Notes under the pieces: model-generated
Database searches by the model: none
The model's input: only the letters and a program-made list of their open reading frames with translations
Told to the model about the DNA's origin: nothing
Made by a program: the position numbers and the translations under genes
Shown: positions 1 to 9,104 of the stretch, piece by piece
How positions within the stretch are numbered: the first letter of the stretch is position 1
Layout of the letters: each line of letters opens with the position of its first letter
Origin: Verrucomicrobiota bacterium
GTDB lineage: Bacteria; Verrucomicrobiota; Verrucomicrobiia; Limisphaerales; Palsa-1400
DNA: 64,000 nucleotides
Reading direction: 5' to 3'
NCBI GenBank assembly: GCA_049513975.1
Contig: JBEKVM010000004.1
Coordinates: 46,311-110,310, forward strand

Positions 1-160
1 CGCCCGCATTGGCATTGATCGCATTCATTTCAGGGGAACAAGCCCTCACTCACAAATAAAATAGATGACTCGGCAAACCAAGCAAGCTTCGGTGGTGGCC
101 GGGGCGGAGGGTGTGAGACAAAATTTTTCCTTGAATGCCAAGTCAGTGGAAAAGCTCGAC

Positions 161-192
161 CTCACCCCTGCCCTCTCCTCCAGGAGAGGGTG
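161..192. repeat. REP-like palindrome, CCCTCTCC...GGAGAGGG family
   Basis: Stem CCCTCTCCT (171-179) / AGGAGAGGG (182-190); related copies at 13466-13490 and about 43396-43440. Confidence 0.7.
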
Positions 193-364
193 AAACATCG
201 GCCGCGCCCGCGAAAGGCCAGCGCCGGGATTTGCCGGACGAGCATGCGCCCAGGCCGAGGCGGGCAGGCCAAGGCGGGCCGGTGCGGAATTCAACCGGTA
301 ACCGCCCGCGCCCGCATTGGCATTGATCGTATTCATGTTCCGGCCGGCGGCCGGCCATTGGGCA

Positions 365-2602
365 TCAGAATTGATAACTGAGCGTGCCGAAGAGGCCGCG
401 GCGCATGCCGTATTGAGCGGCATTGACGCCAACGCCCGTTGCGCTGCGCAACTGATAAATGTTGTCGGTCACGTTGACGATATCAAGGCGGACTTTCAAG
501 AACTGCTTGTGGGCGACTTTGAAAGTTTGTTCCGCGCCGAGGTTGATCTCGTAATAGTCCGGAACGGTTGCCCCGTTGGGAATGGGGCCGGCTCCGTCGG
601 CCGCGGGTTCGAGGCCGCCGCCGCTCTGCCGCAATCCACTGCCGGTGACGAGGTCCAGATAGGTCAGAGTGCTGGCTTCATGGGACTCTCTGAAACGATA
701 AGACACGCCGGCCGTGGCGGTATATCTCTGGTCGTGGTCCAGATAAATCCAATGGTTCTGGACATAGGCGAGATCGCCCGGAGAGAAGAGAAACTGGGCA
801 GAGTCCCAATTTTGACCCTGGGCGTAGGAGTAGGCGAGGTTGGCGTAAACGGAAAAGTCGTTGGTCTGGTAGGAGGTGGTCAGTTCCAGGCCATAGACGC
901 GGCCTTTTTCATAGTTGAAGGCGGAGAGAATGAGGGTCTGTCCAAAGAGTCCGTCATCCAGTTGTTGCTGGGCGGTCTTGTAGTAACCGTCCAGGCCCAC
1001 AGTCCATCCGGGAAGGATGGTTTGGTTGATGCCAACGTCGTAGTAGTTGGCGCGCTCGGCCTTGACGGGACTGTCGAGGGTGACCGCGGAGGCGCCGGAG
1101 GTGCCGGTGAACAAGCTCAAGGCGCCGGAGCTGACAGCCTCGACGGGCGGCGGGGTGAAGTAGCGCGAGTAACCGGCGTGGAGGGTGGTGCCGTCGAAGG
1201 GTTGGTAAACGAGGTTGACGCGCGGACTGAGTTGATTTTCGGCGTCAAAAGAAGAGGAGTAAACATCGAAGCGCGCGCCGTAATTGAGGGTGAGCGTGGA
1301 GGCGATTTTCCATTCGTCCTGCAAATACGCGCCCATAAACAAGCCGTAGAGGGGATAGTTGTCCGAGATGTTTCTCAGGGGGGTGGCTGCAGGATTGCCG
1401 GCGGCCATGTTGAAGACGGTGGTGGAGGTGTTGTTTTGATCGCCTGTGGCCAGAAACGACCCGCCCGTCCGAAGGGTATGGGAATTGCCCCATTGATAAC
1501 TGGAGTCGGCTTGCAAGCCGGCGGAGTAGAGGGTGCGATGCACTTGGCTGGCCTCGCCGTTGAGAAAGAGGTCGCCGATCGGGTCGGGCGTGAAATGCTG
1601 TTCGCTTTCGCGGCCAAAAGCGGAGACTTGAAAATCCAAATCACCGGCGGATTTTTGATAAGTGAGGACCGTGTAATAATTCTCTTCGTTTTGATTTTCG
1701 TTGTCGTTGGCCGAATTGAAAGAGCCGGTGTATCCCGGAACATTGGCCGGAGTCATGGCGGAAGACCAGGCAGCGCCCCCCGGAGCCGTGCCCGAGGCAA
1801 CGCCGGGGGTGTTGGGCACCTGGAAGTCGCTGTAGGACGCGCTGCCCATCATGGTGAGGCGGCTGGAGGGGTCAATGACGTAAGACCCGTAGAGGAAGGT
1901 CTTGAACTGCTCGGTTTCATCATGAATCGCCGTGGAAGCGGAGGTGGGATTTTCCACGCCCAAATCATTGTGGTCGTAGCTGCCGTCCACGAAATAATTG
2001 AATTTGCCCGCCGAGCCGCCGTATTCAAAACTGGGGCGGAAGGTGTCGTAACTGCCGCCATAGAGGGAGATTTCGCCGCCGGGATTGAGGGCGCCATTCT
2101 TGGATTGAATATCCACCACGCCCGCGGTGCGGAAGCCGTATTGGGCGGGGAGCGAGCCGGTGATGAGTTTGATGCTCTGGATGAAGCGCGGGTCCAGTTC
2201 CAGGCCAAAGCCGGCGATGCCTTCGGGCAGGAGCACGCCGTCAATGCGGTATTGCAGGTTGGCGTGCTCGCCGCGCACATGCAAATCCCCGTTTTCCGCC
2301 GAATCCTGCGCCACGCCGGGAAAGCGGGTGATGACTTGATTGACCGGCGCGTTGGCCCCCTGGGCAATGGCCTGGATTTGCACGTCGTCCTTTAGAGAAA
2401 CGGTGGCCCCCAGACTGGGCATGATCTGAGTGGCGATGGCCTGATTCAAATGCCCCACCACGGTGGTCGTCCCGAGGGCGGTGACGTTGGTTGCGCCGGC
2501 GGCGGCGGCCGGCGGATTGTTGGTCTGACCCCAGGCTCCCGGGCCGGCCACCGCCGCCAGCCCAATAGCTGTCAATTGCAAATAACGATAAACTGAATTC
2601 AT
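365..2602 (-). CDS. TonB-dependent receptor
   Basis: Signal peptide; plug-like segment GVAQDS..GDLHVRGEHANLQYRIDGV; QDEWK and LSPRVNL barrel motifs; ends in terminal aromatic residue (LSYQF). ATG 2602 preferred over TTG 2611. Confidence 0.92.
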   Translation of the reverse strand: MNSVYRYLQLTAIGLAAVAGPGAWGQTNNPPAAAAGATNVTALGTTTVVGHLNQAIATQIMPSLGATVSLKDDVQIQAIAQGANAPVNQVITRFPGVAQDSAENGDLHVRGEHANLQYRIDGVLLPEGIAGFGLELDPRFIQSIKLITGSLPAQYGFRTAGVVDIQSKNGALNPGGEISLYGGSYDTFRPSFEYGGSAGKFNYFVDGSYDHNDLGVENPTSASTAIHDETEQFKTFLYGSYVIDPSSRLTMMGSASYSDFQVPNTPGVASGTAPGGAAWSSAMTPANVPGYTGSFNSANDNENQNEENYYTVLTYQKSAGDLDFQVSAFGRESEQHFTPDPIGDLFLNGEASQVHRTLYSAGLQADSSYQWGNSHTLRTGGSFLATGDQNNTSTTVFNMAAGNPAATPLRNISDNYPLYGLFMGAYLQDEWKIASTLTLNYGARFDVYSSSFDAENQLSPRVNLVYQPFDGTTLHAGYSRYFTPPPVEAVSSGALSLFTGTSGASAVTLDSPVKAERANYYDVGINQTILPGWTVGLDGYYKTAQQQLDDGLFGQTLILSAFNYEKGRVYGLELTTSYQTNDFSVYANLAYSYAQGQNWDSAQFLFSPGDLAYVQNHWIYLDHDQRYTATAGVSYRFRESHEASTLTYLDLVTGSGLRQSGGGLEPAADGAGPIPNGATVPDYYEINLGAEQTFKVAHKQFLKVRLDIVNVTDNIYQLRSATGVGVNAAQYGMRRGLFGTLSYQF

Positions 2603-2725
2603 AAATTTCAAACAAAATGGTTAAAGTTTTTGGGATTTCCCGCCCGAGTCCCTGTCAAGCAGGGTCTGCGCCAATGGCAGAGCACCGCGAGCAGGACCCA
2701 CTAATAATTGAAACCGGCGAACGAA

Positions 2726-3058
2726 CTAACTGGGGAGGGAGAGGAGAGAGGGAGGACCGCGGACCGGGAGCAAGCGGACATCGGTGGAAACAAAAGCGGC
2801 CTCGCGCCGGGACTGGATGAAAAGGGCGAGCGGTTGGGGCCGGACCACGGGAAGCGCCGGCTCCGGGCAGTGAACCTGGCCGTGGGCGAACAGGGTGACG
2901 GCGCATTGGTGGCCTGGCTCCGACGCGTCGGAATGGAACAGGAGATGCAGGCCGGGGAGAACGACCATGGCCTGAAGGAGGAGGAAGACAGCGAGCCACA
3001 AGGCCGCGTGGCCCCGCCTCGCCTTCCGTGAAAAGACCCATGAAAGCGCCTGCTTCAC
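2726..3058 (-). CDS. DUF2946/CruR-like leader protein ending in RGPP
   Basis: Hydrophobic segment, His/Cys motif (HLLFH..GHQCAVTLFAHGQVHC), C-terminal RGPP, directly upstream of the TonB receptor on the same strand; start codon uncertain (GTG 3058). Confidence 0.7.
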   Translation of the reverse strand: MKQALSWVFSRKARRGHAALWLAVFLLLQAMVVLPGLHLLFHSDASEPGHQCAVTLFAHGQVHCPEPALPVVRPQPLALFIQSRREAAFVSTDVRLLPVRGPPSLLSLPS

Positions 3059-3161
3059 GGAGGTGATAATACGTATGAAAAACTTTGATGCAAGAATATT
3101 TTCAACGGGCCATATTCCAGAGGTTGACCAATGCTGAATTCGGTTGTTTAATGGCCGTGTT

Positions 3162-3722
3162 GTGAGCACAAACCATATCCACTATTCGGAAGAAAAACTC
3201 CAGCAGGTGATCCTGTATTTTCTGGAGCGCATCAACAATGTGCATCTGGGACGGACCAAGCTGATGAAATTGCTCTATTTCGTGGATTTTGACCACCAGG
3301 AAGCATACGGGCATTCTGTCACCGGGGCGACCTATCGCAAATTGCCGCACGGACCTTACCCGGACAGAATCGAGAAGCTTATCAAGAAAATGGAAACGGC
3401 GCGCTTGGTGCGGGAGGTGAAGGTGGAGCACAAAGGCTTTACCCAAACCCGCCTTCTCACCCTCGGCGCCAAGTTCAATCCCGCGAAATTCTCCGGGGCG
3501 GAACTCCAGACCCTGGAACGTGTAGCCGCCGCCTGGGCGGACGCGACCGCAGCGCAAATCGAAGCCGCCACCCACCGCGAAGCGCCTTGGGCCGGCACCG
3601 CGGACGGCAAGACGATTGATTATGAAATGGCTGAATACCGCCGGGCCATCGGGTTTGAACCGCTGGACGACTCCCTCGCGCGCTCCCGCAAATTCGCGGA
3701 TTACGTTGCCGCTCTGGCCTAA
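3162..3722 (+). CDS. Panacea (DUF4065/SocA-like) antitoxin
   Basis: KLQQVILYF, TKLMKLLYFVDF, YRKLPHGPYP and THREAPW motifs; GTG 3162 or TTG 3144 start. Confidence 0.85.
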   Translation: MSTNHIHYSEEKLQQVILYFLERINNVHLGRTKLMKLLYFVDFDHQEAYGHSVTGATYRKLPHGPYPDRIEKLIKKMETARLVREVKVEHKGFTQTRLLTLGAKFNPAKFSGAELQTLERVAAAWADATAAQIEAATHREAPWAGTADGKTIDYEMAEYRRAIGFEPLDDSLARSRKFADYVAALA

Positions 3723-3730
3723 AACCCGGC

Positions 3731-4117
3731 ATGGGATCTTTCACCGTCATCCGCACCCCGGCGTTTGACCTGCTGGCCGGAGACTATGCGCGCGACCATT
3801 CCAAGCTGGAAGCGGATCTGGCCTGGTTGACGGGGCGATTGGCTCAAGCACCCGAGCAAATGGGTGATCATGTGCCGGAGCTTGGCCGGCTGGCCCTCCC
3901 CATTTTCAAAACCCGCTGTAAAGATTCCTGCCACCGAATCGGCGCCTCTGGCGCCTGGCGGATTTACTACGCGTTGAACAAACCGGCCGAAAAAGTGTTT
4001 TTGTTGTTTCTCCACCACAAAAAGGAATACGAAAACCCGGGCGCCAAGTTCCTCCTGCAAAAAATGGAACGCGCATTCATCTCGGCGGCGAAACCCAGGC
4101 CGAAACACGGGGCATAG
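3731..4117 (+). CDS. RelE/ParE-fold toxin (putative)
   Basis: 128 aa; IFKTRC..GASGAWRIYY..VFLLFLHHKKE resembles the RelE/HigB K.R...G.SGG.R.IY motif; starts 8 bp after the antitoxin. Confidence 0.65.
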   Translation: MGSFTVIRTPAFDLLAGDYARDHSKLEADLAWLTGRLAQAPEQMGDHVPELGRLALPIFKTRCKDSCHRIGASGAWRIYYALNKPAEKVFLLFLHHKKEYENPGAKFLLQKMERAFISAAKPRPKHGA

Positions 4118-4362
4118 GCATTCGCCTCATGTGGCCATGGTCCGGCAGAAGCGCTGAGGACAGCCGCCAGCCTGAGGGTCGGCGAAGGAAAGTGAGTTGG
4201 TCACGAAGGAGTTGACGATAGTGGCTGGTTGACGAGAACGCTCACCTGCTTTTGGCAATTCTTCGCCTTAAATAGCACAGGGTTTTCGGATAAATCGTCA
4301 CCCATTTTCACTTTTTCATTCCCTGTTCTCCCAGGACTGTGCCATAATGTCCCGCGATAAAA

Positions 4363-5589
4363 ATGGCGTCGAAATCGAGTTTTCTGGACAAGGTGCTGGG
4401 CCGCATCGGGCGGCTCGATAAGGAAGGGCTGCAAACGGTCGTGCAACGGCTGGCGCGGGAGCGCCATTTCCTGGAGACGCTGTTCAATGCCATCGAGGAC
4501 GGCGTGCTGGTGCTCGATGAGCAGGGGCGCGTCATTTATTTCAACCACGCCGTGACGCAACTGCTCAATTGGCGGCCCGAGGAGGTGGAGGGCCGGCCGA
4601 TCACCGAATTTCTGCCAGAAGTGGATTGGAAAAGCATCACGGCCCGGACGGCGGAAGGGGGGCCGCGGGTGGCCCGGCACGAGTTTGAGGTGAGCTATCC
4701 GCGCCCGAAGTTTCTGCGGCTTTACGCGGCGCCGCTGGACGGGGAAGCGCGCGGCGGATCGGGCACGGCGCTGATTTTGCACGACGCCACCGAGGCGCGG
4801 CAAAAGACGTTTGAAGCCATTGAAAGCGAACGGATTCATTCGCTGACGCTGCTGGCGGCGAGCGTGGCCCACGAAATCGGCAATCCGCTCAACGCCCTGC
4901 ACATTCATCTGCAATTGATGAGCCGCGAAGTCAAAAAGCTGCGGCCTGCCGCCGGCGCGGCCCCGGCGCGCGGCCTGTCCCGCGCCAGCGTGACGGCGGA
5001 GGGGGACGCCGCCGAGGCGGCGGAGAAGATCGAGCATTATCTGGACGTGGCCAAAGGGGAGATCACGCGGCTGGATTACATCGTCACGCAGTTTCTCCAA
5101 GCCATCCGCCCGTCGGCGCCCAGATTATCGGACGCATCGCTCAACGAGGTGGTGCGGGAGACGCTGGAGTTGCTGCGGCCGGAACTGGAAAATCGCCGGC
5201 TGAATGTGAAGGAGAAGCCGGCCCGCCGGCTGGCGCCCGCGCCGCTGGATGCCAGCCAGATCAAACAAGCGCTGGTCAACCTGATGAAAAATGCCATGCA
5301 GGCCATGGCCCCCGGCGGCACGCTGACGGTGGAAACGGGGCAGAACACGGAAGAGGTGTGGGTGAGCGTGGCCGACACCGGGGGAGGCATTGCGCCGGAT
5401 CAAGTCAATCTGATCTTTGAGCCGTTTTACACGACCAAGAAAAAGGGAACGGGGCTGGGCTTGATGATCGTGCAGCGCATCGTGCGGCAGCACGGGGGGC
5501 ATATCGAACTGGAGAGCCGGGTCGGCCAGGGGACGACTTTCCGCATCTGGCTGCCGCGGCGGGAGAAGCAGCAAAAGCTGCTGCGATGA
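4363..5589 (+). CDS. Cytoplasmic PAS-domain sensor histidine kinase
   Basis: PAS (FNAIEDGVLVLD), H-box VAHEIGNPL, N-box NLMKNA, DTGGGI, FYTTK and GTGLGL; no clear TM segment. Confidence 0.93.
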   Translation: MASKSSFLDKVLGRIGRLDKEGLQTVVQRLARERHFLETLFNAIEDGVLVLDEQGRVIYFNHAVTQLLNWRPEEVEGRPITEFLPEVDWKSITARTAEGGPRVARHEFEVSYPRPKFLRLYAAPLDGEARGGSGTALILHDATEARQKTFEAIESERIHSLTLLAASVAHEIGNPLNALHIHLQLMSREVKKLRPAAGAAPARGLSRASVTAEGDAAEAAEKIEHYLDVAKGEITRLDYIVTQFLQAIRPSAPRLSDASLNEVVRETLELLRPELENRRLNVKEKPARRLAPAPLDASQIKQALVNLMKNAMQAMAPGGTLTVETGQNTEEVWVSVADTGGGIAPDQVNLIFEPFYTTKKKGTGLGLMIVQRIVRQHGGHIELESRVGQGTTFRIWLPRREKQQKLLR

Positions 5590-5643
5590 GATTATACGCT
5601 TGAAAGAATTGGACACCGAAAAGAAAACCGAACAGAGTCACGG

Positions 5644-5661
5644 CTCGACGGAGTCTCGCCC
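5644..5661. repeat. REP-like unit, CTCGACGGAGTCTCGCCC family
   Basis: Copies at 5644-5661 (+), 18952-18969 (-), 31492-31509 (-), 31831-31848 (+), partial at about 23702-23715. Confidence 0.75.
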
Positions 5662-5667
5662 CACCGA

Positions 5668-7059
5668 ATGGGAGCACCCTTGAACACTGAAATTGAAAGC
5701 AAACCGCGGCTGCTGATCGTGGACGACGAGAAGCCGACCCGGGAGGGCCTGCGGGCGGCGCTGGAGGGCCATTACGAGGTGTGGGCGGCGGAGGACGCCA
5801 AAGGGGCCATGACGCTGCTGGAGGAGGAAAACTTCCAGGTGTTGCTGACGGATTTTCGCCTGCCGCAGGAGGACGGGATGAAGTTGATCCTGCGGGCCAA
5901 ATCGCTGGACCGGCCGCCGGTTTGCATTTTGATGACGGCTTATGGGTCGGAGGAATTGGCCGTCCAAGCCATGAAAGAGGGTGCGGACGACTACATCGCC
6001 AAGGGGCGGTTGCAGATAGACGAGCTGGAAATGCGCATCGGGCGCGCCTTGCGGCAGCAAAAACTGGAAGTGGAAAACGCGGCGCTGCGCCAGCAACTCA
6101 GCAGCAAGTTCGGCCTGGAAAACATCGTGGCCGAGTCGCCCGCGATGAAAGAGGCGGTGGAGATGGTGCGGCAAGTCGCCCCCACGCGGGCCAGCGTGCT
6201 GCTCCTGGGGGAAAGCGGCACGGGCAAGGAACTGGTGGCCCGGGCCATCCATCAACTCAGCCCGCGGGCCGCCCACCCGATGGTGAGCGTGCATTGCGCG
6301 GCGCTGTCGCCCACGCTATTGGAAAGCGAGCTGTTCGGGCACGAGAAAGGGGCGTTCACCGGGGCGCACGAGAAGCGGATCGGGCGCTTCGAGCAGGCGC
6401 AGGGGGGAACGTTGTTTTTGGATGAGATCGGGGAGATTGACGCATCGGTGCAGGTCAAGCTGCTGCGCTTTCTGGGGGAACGCACCTTCGAGCGGGTCGG
6501 CTCCAACAAGACGTTGAGCGCGGACGTGCGGCTGATCGCCGCCACCAACAAGAACCTGGAGGAGGAAGTCAAGACTGGAAAATTCCGGGAGGACCTCTAT
6601 TTCCGGCTGCGGGTGGTGGAGATCACGCTGCCGCCGTTGCGCCAGCGGGCGGAAGACATCCCGCTGCTGGCCAAGACGTTTTTGCGGGAATTCGCCGCGG
6701 AGAACAGTAAAAAAGTGAACGATTTCACCCCGGATGCCCTCGAAGCCCTGATGAACCATGCCTGGCCCGGCAATGTGCGCGAATTGCGCACCGCCGTCGA
6801 ACACGCCGTGGTCCTGACGCGCGGGGAGCGGATCAGCCTGCGCGATTTGCCCGCGCCGTTGCGGGCGGGCGGCGCGGCGGCCGGACCGGCCCGCTGGCTG
6901 GCCCAACCGGACCTGACGGTGGCGGAAGCGGAGAAACAATTGATCGCCCGCGCCCTCAAGGATGGCGGCGGCAACCGCACGGTGGCCGCCCAAAAACTGG
7001 GGATGAGCCGGCGCACGCTGCACCGCAAACTCCACTTTTACCATTTGGAGGGATTTTGA
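5668..7059 (+). CDS. Sigma-54-dependent response regulator (NtrC/AtoC family)
   Basis: Receiver domain, GESGTGKE, GAFTGA, LFLDEIG, WPGNVREL, C-terminal Fis-type HTH. Confidence 0.96.
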   Translation: MGAPLNTEIESKPRLLIVDDEKPTREGLRAALEGHYEVWAAEDAKGAMTLLEEENFQVLLTDFRLPQEDGMKLILRAKSLDRPPVCILMTAYGSEELAVQAMKEGADDYIAKGRLQIDELEMRIGRALRQQKLEVENAALRQQLSSKFGLENIVAESPAMKEAVEMVRQVAPTRASVLLLGESGTGKELVARAIHQLSPRAAHPMVSVHCAALSPTLLESELFGHEKGAFTGAHEKRIGRFEQAQGGTLFLDEIGEIDASVQVKLLRFLGERTFERVGSNKTLSADVRLIAATNKNLEEEVKTGKFREDLYFRLRVVEITLPPLRQRAEDIPLLAKTFLREFAAENSKKVNDFTPDALEALMNHAWPGNVRELRTAVEHAVVLTRGERISLRDLPAPLRAGGAAAGPARWLAQPDLTVAEAEKQLIARALKDGGGNRTVAAQKLGMSRRTLHRKLHFYHLEGF

Positions 7060-7127
7060 GAGACATGGCCGCGGCGGTTTGGGACCGCCGGCGCTTGAGC
7101 CGCCAGCCACCCCGGAAGGATATTTAA

Positions 7128-8981
7128 ATGCCAAAACCAGTTTATGAGCGCGTCCAGGGATTTATAAAGTCCATCGAGACAGGACTGGGAGCCGCCCTTC
7201 TTTTGCGGGCCAGTGTGGCGCTGGGTTTCTGCGCGCTGGCGATGTTCTTCAATTTCACGCGGTTTGAAGGTTTTTCCACGCAGGAAGCGATGGAGTCGGC
7301 GCATCTGGCGCGGCAGATGGCGGAGGGCAAAGGTTATACGACCGATTCGATCCGCCCGTTTTGCCTGCACCTGCTGCAACAAGGCGACCCGGCCAAGGCG
7401 CAACAGGTGCTGAACCATGCGGTGCCGGATTTGAGCAATCCGCCCGGTTACCCGTGCCTGCTGGCCGGGCTGATGAAGATTCTGCCCTTCCATTTTAGCC
7501 CGGATCGGAACCAGCCTTGGTTTTACCAGCCGGAATTATGGATCCAGCGCGTCAATGAGCTGCTCTTTTTTGGGGCGGTCCTCATCCTGTTTCAAGTGGC
7601 CCGGCGGCTGTTTGACCCGGCGGTGGCCTGGCTGTCGGCCATCATTTTCGCCGGCACGGAGCTGTTTTGGAGATTCAGCGCATCCGGGTTGTCCACCATC
7701 TGGCTGGTTGTGATTTTCCTGAGTTTGGTCTGGAGTCTGGTTTTGCTGGAAGAACGCGAGCGCCGCCCGGTTCCACCCCGGCTGGGCGGTTCGCTGGCCC
7801 TGGCCGCGGGCGCCGGCGCGCTGGTGGGCCTGGGCGGATTAAGCCGGTATTCGTTTGCCTGGATGATCATTCCGGTCCTGGTTTTTCTGCGCCTGTTTTT
7901 CTCGCGCGCCCGCGGCAAATTGGTTTTCTGCGCCGCGGCCGCATTCCTGGGGGTCCTGGCGCCCTGGATCGGGCGCAACCTGGCGCTGAGCCAAACCTGC
8001 TTCGGCACGGACGGCTACGCGCTGGTGGAAACGACGCCGCGGCTTCCGGACGACATCCTGGAGCGCTCGTTTCATCCCGCCGCCGCGCTGAGCCATGTCA
8101 CGCCGCGGGAGGTGTTGGACAAATTCTTCCTCAATGAGGGGGAAATTCTGACAAACGACCTGCCGCGGCTCGGCGGCAATTGGGTATCCGCATTTTTTCT
8201 GTGCGGCCTGCTGCTGCCGTTTCGCAGCCCGGCGCTGCGACGTTTCCGGCTGTTTCTGCTCTGGTCCCTGGCCTTGATGGCGGTGGTCCAGGCCGCCTGC
8301 CAGACCCATCTCAGCGCCGATTCGCCGGGGATCAATTCGGAGAACCTGCTGGTGGTGCTGGCGCCGCTGGTATTTATCTTTGGCGCCGGGGTCTTTTTTA
8401 CGCTGCTGGATCACTTGGTCCCACCGGATGATCCGCAGAGCCGCCGGGCCGGGACGGGACTTTTTGTGCTGGTCATGTGTGCGCCCATGCTGTTGACTCT
8501 GCTGGGGCCGGTCAAACTGACGAGGATCACGCCGTATGCGCCCTGGCATATTGAGCGGCTGGCCGGGATGATGGGGCGGGATGAGTTGATGATGAGCGAT
8601 ATTCCATGGGCGGTGGCGTGGTATGGGGCGCGTCCGTGCGCCTGGCTGACGCTGGGAGTGGGAGGGGGGGGGGGGAGCGCAACTAATGTGGACGAGTCGG
8701 AAACGTATCAAGAAATGGACAAACTCAAGCCGGTGCGGGCGGTATATCTGACGCAGCGGACGAGCGACCGGCGGTTTCTGTCGCAAATGATTGCAAATGA
8801 GCAGGATAGGAATGGTGATTGGAGTTATTTTTATCTGGACAGCCTGCCGGGCTGGGGGCACGGAGAGGTTCCCACCGGTTTTCCGCTGAAGAAAGCGTTA
8901 TTAGACTGCGTACCGGACCAAATGTTCATTAGTGACCGAAATCGCTGGCAGACAACGCCGCAGAGCACCCCGAAAAGATAA
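7128..8981 (+). CDS. GT-C fold membrane glycosyltransferase (ArnT/PMT, GT39-like)
   Basis: Many TM segments, PPGYP motif, ARRLFD..VAWLSA pattern; contains a G12 tract at 8664-8675. Confidence 0.7.
   Translation: MPKPVYERVQGFIKSIETGLGAALLLRASVALGFCALAMFFNFTRFEGFSTQEAMESAHLARQMAEGKGYTTDSIRPFCLHLLQQGDPAKAQQVLNHAVPDLSNPPGYPCLLAGLMKILPFHFSPDRNQPWFYQPELWIQRVNELLFFGAVLILFQVARRLFDPAVAWLSAIIFAGTELFWRFSASGLSTIWLVVIFLSLVWSLVLLEERERRPVPPRLGGSLALAAGAGALVGLGGLSRYSFAWMIIPVLVFLRLFFSRARGKLVFCAAAAFLGVLAPWIGRNLALSQTCFGTDGYALVETTPRLPDDILERSFHPAAALSHVTPREVLDKFFLNEGEILTNDLPRLGGNWVSAFFLCGLLLPFRSPALRRFRLFLLWSLALMAVVQAACQTHLSADSPGINSENLLVVLAPLVFIFGAGVFFTLLDHLVPPDDPQSRRAGTGLFVLVMCAPMLLTLLGPVKLTRITPYAPWHIERLAGMMGRDELMMSDIPWAVAWYGARPCAWLTLGVGGGGGSATNVDESETYQEMDKLKPVRAVYLTQRTSDRRFLSQMIANEQDRNGDWSYFYLDSLPGWGHGEVPTGFPLKKALLDCVPDQMFISDRNRWQTTPQSTPKR
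8664..8675 (+). repeat. Poly-G (12) homopolymer inside the glycosyltransferase CDS
   Basis: Counted directly: GGA followed by 12 G, encoding GGGGG. Confidence 0.9.
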
Positions 8982-9104
8982 AAGTTTCAAAAATTATTCA
9001 ATTTTTCCTTTGACAATAATGGCCGGTACTCATAGAACAGCATAAATGGACGAAGCACGGTGAGACGCGCTTTGTGCATTGAGGGTAGCACAACAAATTA
9101 TTTT

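Noticed and set aside
317-2395. 692-aa plus-strand ORF
   Set aside because: Antisense shadow of the TonB receptor; no motifs; expected in high-GC DNA.
4201-4310. Short minus-strand peptide-like stretch (MGDDLSENPVLFK...)
   Set aside because: Too short, and no support for expression.
9010-9038. TTGACA-N17-TAGAAC promoter before the beta-barrel gene
   Set aside because: The -10 box lacks the conserved final T; plausible but too weak to list.
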